From contig OZ024764.1 of assembly GCA_964016885.1 (NCBI GenBank), positions 21,514,001 to 21,578,000 of the forward strand: a stretch of DNA of 64,000 bases. The letters run 5' to 3'. Positions 58,115-64,000 of the stretch are shown here, in pieces; position 1 is the stretch's first letter, and the number at the start of each line of letters is the position of its first letter. The notes beneath the pieces were generated by a model. It saw only the letters and a list, made by a program, of their open reading frames with translations. It did not search any database and was not told where the DNA came from. This DNA comes from Eledone cirrhosa (lineage: Eukaryota). The position numbers and the translations under genes were made by a program.

Positions 58115-60226
58115 ATGTCGAAAAATATAGTAAAATCACCATTCCACTGTGATATCTGTGGTAAATTATTCTCTAAAAATACTAAATTAACTAGACATAA
58201 ACTAAGTCATACAGTAGAGAAGCCATATCACTGTGATATCTGTGGTAAATTATTCTCTAAAAATACTAAATTAACTAGTCATAAACTAAGTCATACAGAA
58301 GAGAAGCCATATCACTGTGATATCTGTGGTAAATTATTCTCTAAAAATACTAAATTAACTAGACATAAACTAAGTCATACAGAAGAGAAACCATATGACT
58401 GTGATATCTGTGGTAAATCATTCTCTAAAAATACTAAATTAACTAGACATAAACTAATTCATGCAGAAGAGAAGCCATATCACTGTGATATCTGTGGTAA
58501 ATCATTCTCTAAAAATACTAAATTAACTAGACATAAACTAAGTCATACAGAAGAGAAACCATATGACTGTGATATCTGTGGTAAATTATTCTCTAAAAAT
58601 ACTAAATTAACTAGACATAAACTAATTCATGCAGAAGAGAAGCCATATCACTGTGATATCTGTGGTAAATCATTCTCTAAAAATACTAAATTAACTAGAC
58701 ATAAACTAATTCATGCAGAAGAGAAGCCATATCACTGTGATATCTGTGGTAAATCATTCTCTAAAAATACTAAATTAACTAGACATAAACTAATTCATGC
58801 AGAAGAGAAGCCATATCACTGTGATATCTGTGGTAAATCATTCTCTAAAAATACTAAATTAACTAGACATAAACTAATTCATGCAGAAGAGAAGCCATAT
58901 CACTGTGATATCTGTGGTAAATCATTCTCTAAAAATACTAAATTAACTAGACATAAACTAAGTCATACAGAAGAGAAGCCATATCACTGTGATATCTGTG
59001 GTAAATCATTCTCTAAAAATACTAAATTAATTAGACATAAACTAAGTCATACTGAAGAGAAACCATATGACTGTGATATCTGTGGTAAATCATTCTCTAA
59101 AAATACTAAATTAACCAGACATAAACTAATTCATGCAGAAGAGAAGCCATATCACTGTGATATCTGTGGTAAATCATTCTCTAAAAGTAATAAATTGACT
59201 AGACACAATTGTAGTCACACAGGAGAGAAGCCATGTAACTATATCTTTGGTAAACCATTTTCTGAAAGTAATAACTTAGCTAGAGACAAACTAAATCACA
59301 CAGAGGAGAAACCATATCACAATGATATTTGTGGTAAATATTTCTCTCATGTGAGTACCTTAACAAATTACAAACATATTCCTGCAGGAGAAACACCATA
59401 TTATTGTGATGTCTGTGGTAAATCATTCTCTAAAAATACAAAGTTAACAAGACACAAAGAAAGACATTCAGGAGAGAAGCTATATCACTGTGATATCTGT
59501 GATAAATCATTCTTTCATAGTACTACCTTAACTAAACACCAACATATTCATACAGGGAAGAAACCATATGACTGTGATATCTGTGGTAAATCATTTTCTC
59601 AAAGTTATACCTTAACTGTTCATAAGCGTATTCATACAGGCGAGAAGCCATATCACTGTGATATCTGTGGTAAATCATTCCCCCTTAGTACTAACCTCAC
59701 TACTCACAAACGTATTCATACAGGTGAGAAGCCATATCAATGTGACATCTGTGATAAATCCTTCTGTCAAAGTGGTAACTTAACTATCCACAAACGTATT
59801 CATACAGGAGAGAAGCCACATCATTGTGATATCTGTGGTAAATCATTCTCTAACAGAAGCTGCTTCACTAAACATCAACGTATTCATACAGGAGAGAAGC
59901 CTTATCACTGTGATGTCTGTGATAAATCATTCAGCCAAAGTAGTAGCTTAACTCATCACAAACGTCTTCATACAGGAGAGAAGCCATATCACTGTGACAT
60001 CTGTGGTAAATCATTCTCTAAATGTGGTAACTTAACTACCCACAAACGTATTCATACAGGAGAGAAGCCACACCACTGTGACATCTGTGGTAAATCATTC
60101 TCTCACAGTAGTACCTTAACTATCCACAAACGTACTCATACCGGAGAGAAACCATATCACTGTGGTAAAGCATTCTCCCCCCGTTGTAACTTAACCAGGC
60201 ATGTGCGTATTCATACAGAAGTTTAG
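58115..60226 (+). CDS. Tandem C2H2 (Kruppel-type) zinc-finger protein, 703 aa, 25 finger units (22 intact, 3 degenerate), no effector domain in this ORF
   Basis: Uninterrupted ORF of C-x2-C-x12-H-x3-H repeats with TGEKP/TEEKP/AEEKP linkers at a 28-aa period. First ATG at 58115 (the ORF track starts at GTG 58106); in-frame TGA at 58094. A TTTTTTAG at 58099-58106 could alternatively be an acceptor for an upstream exon. Confidence 0.93.
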   Translation: MSKNIVKSPFHCDICGKLFSKNTKLTRHKLSHTVEKPYHCDICGKLFSKNTKLTSHKLSHTEEKPYHCDICGKLFSKNTKLTRHKLSHTEEKPYDCDICGKSFSKNTKLTRHKLIHAEEKPYHCDICGKSFSKNTKLTRHKLSHTEEKPYDCDICGKLFSKNTKLTRHKLIHAEEKPYHCDICGKSFSKNTKLTRHKLIHAEEKPYHCDICGKSFSKNTKLTRHKLIHAEEKPYHCDICGKSFSKNTKLTRHKLIHAEEKPYHCDICGKSFSKNTKLTRHKLSHTEEKPYHCDICGKSFSKNTKLIRHKLSHTEEKPYDCDICGKSFSKNTKLTRHKLIHAEEKPYHCDICGKSFSKSNKLTRHNCSHTGEKPCNYIFGKPFSESNNLARDKLNHTEEKPYHNDICGKYFSHVSTLTNYKHIPAGETPYYCDVCGKSFSKNTKLTRHKERHSGEKLYHCDICDKSFFHSTTLTKHQHIHTGKKPYDCDICGKSFSQSYTLTVHKRIHTGEKPYHCDICGKSFPLSTNLTTHKRIHTGEKPYQCDICDKSFCQSGNLTIHKRIHTGEKPHHCDICGKSFSNRSCFTKHQRIHTGEKPYHCDVCDKSFSQSSSLTHHKRLHTGEKPYHCDICGKSFSKCGNLTTHKRIHTGEKPHHCDICGKSFSHSSTLTIHKRTHTGEKPYHCGKAFSPRCNLTRHVRIHTEV
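58148..59155 (+). repeat. 84-bp coding minisatellite: fingers 1-12, nearly identical at the DNA level
   Basis: 12 x 84 bp of TGTGATATCTGTGGTAAAT(C/T)ATTCTCTAAAAATACTAAATTAACTAGACATAAACTAA..., with only a few differences per unit, including at synonymous sites. Confidence 0.95.
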
Positions 60227-60491
60227 CTGTATCAATATCAAACTCATTACATCAGACTACAACGACACCAAATATGTAGATCCATCATCCTTGATAAAAC
60301 TGGGGTTAACCTTGTAGGTTTTACCTATGACAGGGATCATAAAACCAGGTTTCCATTTTTGAAGCAGTGTTTGAAGATTTTGTGTAAATTAAAGTTTTTC
60401 ACATTAAAATTTGATTTATTATACTTTAACAGGTAAGGTATATATTTGTATTTTTAGTAAAGGTTGGGAACTTCTGTAATTTAAACCTGCC

Positions 60492-60497
60492 AATAAA
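60492..60497 (+). promoter_or_regulatory. Candidate polyadenylation signal of the ZNF gene
   Basis: AATAAA about 265 bp after the stop, followed by GU/U-rich TTTTGTTGTTG. The AT-rich context makes a chance occurrence possible. Confidence 0.4.
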
Positions 60498-60639
60498 ATG
60501 AAAACTTTTGTTGTTGCTAGTCTGACATTGATATTAATTCTATTGTCCTGTACATTGTCTCAAATATCACAGATTAAACAGATTTTAACAATAACAACAG
60601 AAATCAATAACTTGTAAGCCTAATATCTAGCTTCCATTT

Positions 60640-61520
60640 TAACCATTTGATATAGTTGTTCCCCTCCTGTCTCTTCAGGTCTTTTAGATTTCAACTTCTA
60701 TCTACTGTACTATTCCATCACCAAGGCAACATTCATCTGGCTGGCAGCTTACATCAACTACAGATCTCATCAGTGGTTCACAACAGGCTGTCTGAAAGAA
60801 ACTTCCAGATATCTTCTATGTCATAGCTATCAATCTCCTCCTCCTTATATGTATCATGTAGAACATCTCTGAATTTATATTTAACAGGGAGATCTTTTAC
60901 TGTCCCTACCTCTTTCTCTAGGTTGTCTTGTACCTCTCTCACAGTCCTTGTAGATCTTATATTTAACAAGATCTTTTACTGTCCCTACCCTTTTCTCCAG
61001 GTTGTCTTGTACCAGTCTCACAGTCCCTCTAGATCTTATATTTAACAGGGAGATCTTTTACTGTCCCTACCCTTTTCTCTAGGTTGTCTTGTACCACTCT
61101 CACAGTCCCTCTAGATCTTATATTTAACAGGGAGATCTTTTACTGTCCCTACCTCTCTCACAGTCCCTCTAGATCTTATATTTAACAGGGAGATCTTTTA
61201 CTATCCCTACCCTTTTCTCTAGGTTGTCTTGTACCTCTCTCACAGTCCCTCTAGATCTTATATTAAACAGGGAGATCTTTTACTCTCCAACCCTTCTTTC
61301 TCCGGATAGTCTTGTATCTGTCAGTCCCTCTAGATATTACACCTAGTATCTAGTCTATGTTGAGTGGTACGTCCTTCTCCAGTAAAGGAGTTAATATTCC
61401 CAACCATCTGTCTATCCTGTTTTTTGATGAGAATGAAGTCAATCTAGTTTATCTCTTCACCTGATTGAAGTAACTAGATCAAGTAACTAGATGGTTTCCT
61501 GTAAGTTAGTGTTGCAGTGT
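60640..61520 (-). mobile_element. Decayed RTE-type LINE fragment (C-terminal AP-endonuclease region and linker)
   Basis: Manual minus-strand translation across stops and frameshifts: CNTN.RKPSSYLI..QSGEEIN*IDFILIKKQDRQMVGNINSFTGEGRTTQHRL ... VKDLPVKYKFRDVL...DIEDIWKFLSDSLL*TTDEICS*CK...PW*WNSTVDR. This matches the order of non-LTR endonuclease motifs (NT.F.K...TY, QIDYIL, QH/DH-RLV) and the downstream WWN motif. It includes the 63-aa ORF at 60778-60969. Confidence 0.75.
60876..61340. repeat. 82-bp minisatellite, about 6 copies
   Basis: Units start at 60876, 60958, 61037, 61119, 61177 and 61259 (82, 79, 82, 58, 82 bp, then a diverged last copy). Consensus TATATTTAACAGGGAGATCTTTTACTGTCCCTACCCTTTTCTCTAGGTTGTCTTGTACCTCTCTCACAGTCCCTCTAGATCT. 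Confidence 0.95.
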
Positions 61521-61524
61521 TTGT

Positions 61525-62008
61525 GTCACCATGTAAGGTTTATATTTATTAATATAGAGATGTAGTAAAGTTTTCACTGTTGTATCTCTACTTTCTAAAT
61601 ATCTTAATAATGTTTCTCTACTATTTCAGAATATCACATGACCTTGACAGAAAAGAGTCTTTTAAAGACAACAGAAAGATGTTACATACAAGTGATATAA
61701 ACTTGTTTAGTCTGTGGTGAATTATGGTGAAATATTTCTTCTGAATTGAGATAAATATTTTCCTTTTTCACTATCTGGAATATTTACAAGATGATTTTAC
61801 ATTCTGATTAAACTTTAGATATTTACAAAGGAGTTTTCAAAATATTTGGATATTGACAAAGATCACATTTGATAAAATTATGAACAATAGAAATATTTAC
61901 ATCAACATAGGAATATTTTCCAGAAGAGATGGGAAAATCATTATACCACTGTAATATTTGTGGTAAAATATTCTCTCTTCTTTATATGTAGAACATCTAA
62001 CTAAACAC
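61525..62008 (+). pseudogene. Truncated paralogous C2H2 ZNF gene remnant (acceptor, leader and broken first finger)
   Basis: Colinear similarity to 57180-58175 (ATTTAT.AATATAGA, TATCTT..ATAATGTT..TATTTCAGAATA, TCTGGAATAT.TACAAGATGATTTTA). ATG 61929 reads MGKSLYHCNICGKIFSLLYM* (stop 61989-61991), with HLTKH following in another frame. Confidence 0.75.
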
Positions 62009-62119
62009 TTTAACTAACAAACTATTGTGCTATAGAATTGACAAACTTGAAGAATGTTTAATAAATGTTACAGATTTCTCCAAACTGTTGTTTACTAACT
62101 TTAATTTGAAGCTATATTA

Positions 62120-62508
62120 TCTATATACTACTAAAACTCTGTGATTGTGTCTTGTCTGTAATTTAATACAGCTAAAACAGTGCATAATGGGGAAATACTT
62201 TGAAAGGAATAAAACAAGTTTTGTATAAATTGGAGCACAGGTTCCCAAGATACGGGGTTTTCTGGGTACCTTCATAAATATAGGGAGAGAAAGAGATAGT
62301 GGTTGTGAGAGTGTGGATTGAAAAGGAGAGATAGAAGGAGATGGATGGAAAGGGGAAGAGAGAGAGAGCTGGTGGTATATGTGTGCATATATGTGTCTAT
62401 ATATATATATGTCTATATTTTAACTATTTGAAAATTATTTTTAAGTGAACATGATTTAAAAATAATAGTTTTAAGGGAACGTGACCCAACAGGTCCCGGG
62501 TGGTCTAG
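62120..62508 (+). mobile_element. Probable non-autonomous Helitron-like element (389 bp)
   Basis: A|TCTATATACTACTAAAA... 5' end. 3' end GACCCAACAGGTCCCGGGTGGTCTAG|T is a GC-rich imperfect hairpin just before CTAG. It sits between A and T with no target-site duplication and has internal microsatellites. Confidence 0.55.
62357..62417. repeat. Compound (AG)n / (TG,TA)n microsatellite
   Basis: AGAGAGAGAGAG at 62357-62368, then TATATGTGTGCATATATGTGTCTATATATATATAT. Confidence 0.8.
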
Positions 62509-62696
62509 TTTGTTACCAAATACTAGATATTAGAGGGTCATGTTGTTCTAGATGTGCTGGAAGAGCCATTCCATCTCGTGAGGTTCACACCAGCAGCTAG
62601 CCACCTCAGCACCTATGGTGGTATATTTATTATATTATTTATTCTTTATCATTAACATTAATATAAAAGATAATTATATATTTTTAGAGAAGAACC

Positions 62697-63088
62697 TTTT
62701 TGTTGTGACACCTACAGAACCACTTTACAGTGTAGACTGGGTACTTTTTGTTGACACCTACATGACAACTTTACAGGTTGCACTGGCTGCTTTTTGTCGT
62801 GACACCTACATGACCACTTTATAGTGTGGACTGGGTACTTTTTGTTGTGACACCTACATGACCACTTTATAGTGTGGACTGGGTGCTTTTTGTTGTGACA
62901 CCTACAAGACCACTTTAAAGTTTTGGCTGGGTTCTTTTTGGTGTCACCTACATGACCACTTTACAGTGTAGGCTGGGTACTTTTTGTCGTAACATCTACA
63001 TGACCACCTTATAATGTTGACTGTGTTCTTTACAGTGTGGGTTGGGTGCTTTTTGTCATATCTCCTACCCAACCACTTTGCAGTGTGG
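62697..63088. repeat. 48-bp minisatellite, about 8 diverged copies
   Basis: GACACC anchors (or variants) at 62707, 62753, 62801, 62849, 62897, 62943 and 62991. Consensus TTTTTGTTGTGACACCTACATGACCACTTTACAGTGTGGACTGGGTAC. Confidence 0.93.
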
Positions 63089-63617
63089 GCAGTGAAATAT
63101 CAGTAATGCACCAGCTCCAATATTCAGTAATCAGAAGAAGGGAGGTAGGCATAAAAGCCAAACTTGCTGTCTTCAATTAGGTTTTTGTGCCAACCCTTAC
63201 CTATGGTCACATATCTTGGGTAATGACCAAAAGAATATGATTGGGAATACAAATGGCAGATATGGGATTCCTCTGAAGGGTCTTTGAAGGAACTTTTCTC
63301 AATAAAGTGCATAGCTCTGAGATCAGAGAGTCACTCCAGGTGGAGCTGTTACTTCTCCTAATTGAGAGATCACAGCTGCAATACTATGGCCATGTGGTTA
63401 GAATGTCTGAGGAAAGAATCACTGGATAGATTTTACAGGCAAAACTAACTGGCAGGAGACCCAGGGGTAGACCTGAGCAAGATGGTCACATAACATCCAT
63501 GAGCTTGGCTGGTCTCTCTGGGAGATCCAGCCAGACCAGTTGGAGTGGGTTGCTTCTGACAGGACCTGTTGGAGGGAGTGTTTGAGGACTCTGCCCCCAA
63601 GACCCTCTCTGGAATAA
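63087..63617 (+). mobile_element. 5'-truncated, decayed RTE-clade LINE (post-RT C-terminal end of the ORF)
   Basis: Plus-strand translation with stops: VIRRREVGIKAKLAVFN*VFVPTLTYGHISWVMTKRI*LGIQMADMGFL*R ... NKVHSSEIRESLQVELLLLLIERSQLQYYGHVVRMSEERITG*ILQAKLTGRRPRGRP ... LRTLPPRPSLE*. These are the characteristic RTE motifs P.L.YG.E.W, L.W.GH..RM and G.R.RGRP. Confidence 0.88.
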
Positions 63618-63834
63618 GAAGAGCTTGAGGTTGCAAAATCAACATCAGATTTCCCTGCTAGCAAGGGTTTAATGAGTCTACTTCAACCAAGTAAGTACTA
63701 AAGTGAGGCTACTGATCTCCCAGACAGACCAAGGATCTGAGACTTATTTACATAAGGTCTCATTTGCTACTGAGTGCACAGAAAAGGTTGTCATGTCTTT
63801 GTCATGATTGAAGGCTTCTCCGACACTATTGTCG

Positions 63835-63908
63835 GGCAAGCTTTCTATGGCTAGATGTCCTTCACATGACCAACCACATTACAGCCTGTGTTGGGTGTGT
63901 TTATCATG
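63835..63908 (-). mobile_element. Possible degenerate SINE / RTE-associated non-coding fragment
   Basis: TTTCTATGGCTAGATGTCCTTCACATGACCAACCACATTACAG...TTGGGTG resembles, from recall only, the reverse complement of the GGTTGG..AGGAAGGGCATCCAGCCGTAGAAA motif of RTE-related interspersed repeats. It shares ACCAC.TTACAG..TGGGTG with the 48-bp unit. Confidence 0.4.
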
Positions 63909-64000
63909 TAGGTGAGGCATAACAAACTGAGGGTTCCCCAAGGGCCACATAGGTCACATGTGTTGTCTGAGGGTTGCACAGTGCAACTCATTATGTACAC

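Noticed and set aside
58115-60226. PRDM9 or KRAB-ZNF assignment
   Set aside because: No PR/SET, KRAB, SCAN, BTB or ZAD domain is visible in the window and an in-frame stop precedes the ORF. Contact residues are fixed rather than diversified. An upstream exon outside the window cannot be excluded.
60430-60438. CAG|GTAAGG splice-donor-like site in the 3' UTR
   Set aside because: A good consensus match but a single short motif with no supporting exon evidence; not called without transcripts.
60778-60969. 63-aa minus-strand ORF as a gene
   Set aside because: It is an open stretch of the decayed LINE plus one minisatellite unit.
62615-62824. 69-aa ORF
   Set aside because: AT-rich filler running into the 48-bp repeat (DTYMTTL repeated).
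63124-63664. Three short minus-strand ORFs
   Set aside because: They are antisense to the plus-strand RTE LINE remnant, which explains the sequence.

Overview
Eukaryotic, AT-rich window. About 89% of it (1-57159, open at the left edge) is one uninterrupted head-to-tail satellite of a 39-bp monomer (ATGTCACTAATAACTACTTTTATCAGTCAGTTTAATCTA), roughly 1,500 copies by estimate. It carries 35-, 32- and 40-bp length variants and nested block duplications of 0.65-7.3 kb that can be read from diagnostic variants. The many 'MSLITTFISQFNL' ORFs are by-products of the 39-bp period, not genes. About 1 kb past the sharp array edge lies a single-ORF tandem C2H2 zinc-finger gene (25 units, 22 intact). Its first 12 fingers form a homogenised 84-bp coding minisatellite with a nearly invariant recognition helix. 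The [13 protein letters not shown] finger style suggests the cephalopod (Octopus-type) C2H2 expansion; this is inference. The last 3.8 kb holds a decayed paralogous ZNF copy, two RTE-type LINE fragments, two minisatellites (82 and 48 bp) that appear to be born from retroelement sequence, and a probable non-autonomous Helitron. No prokaryotic system, CRISPR array or RNA gene is supported.
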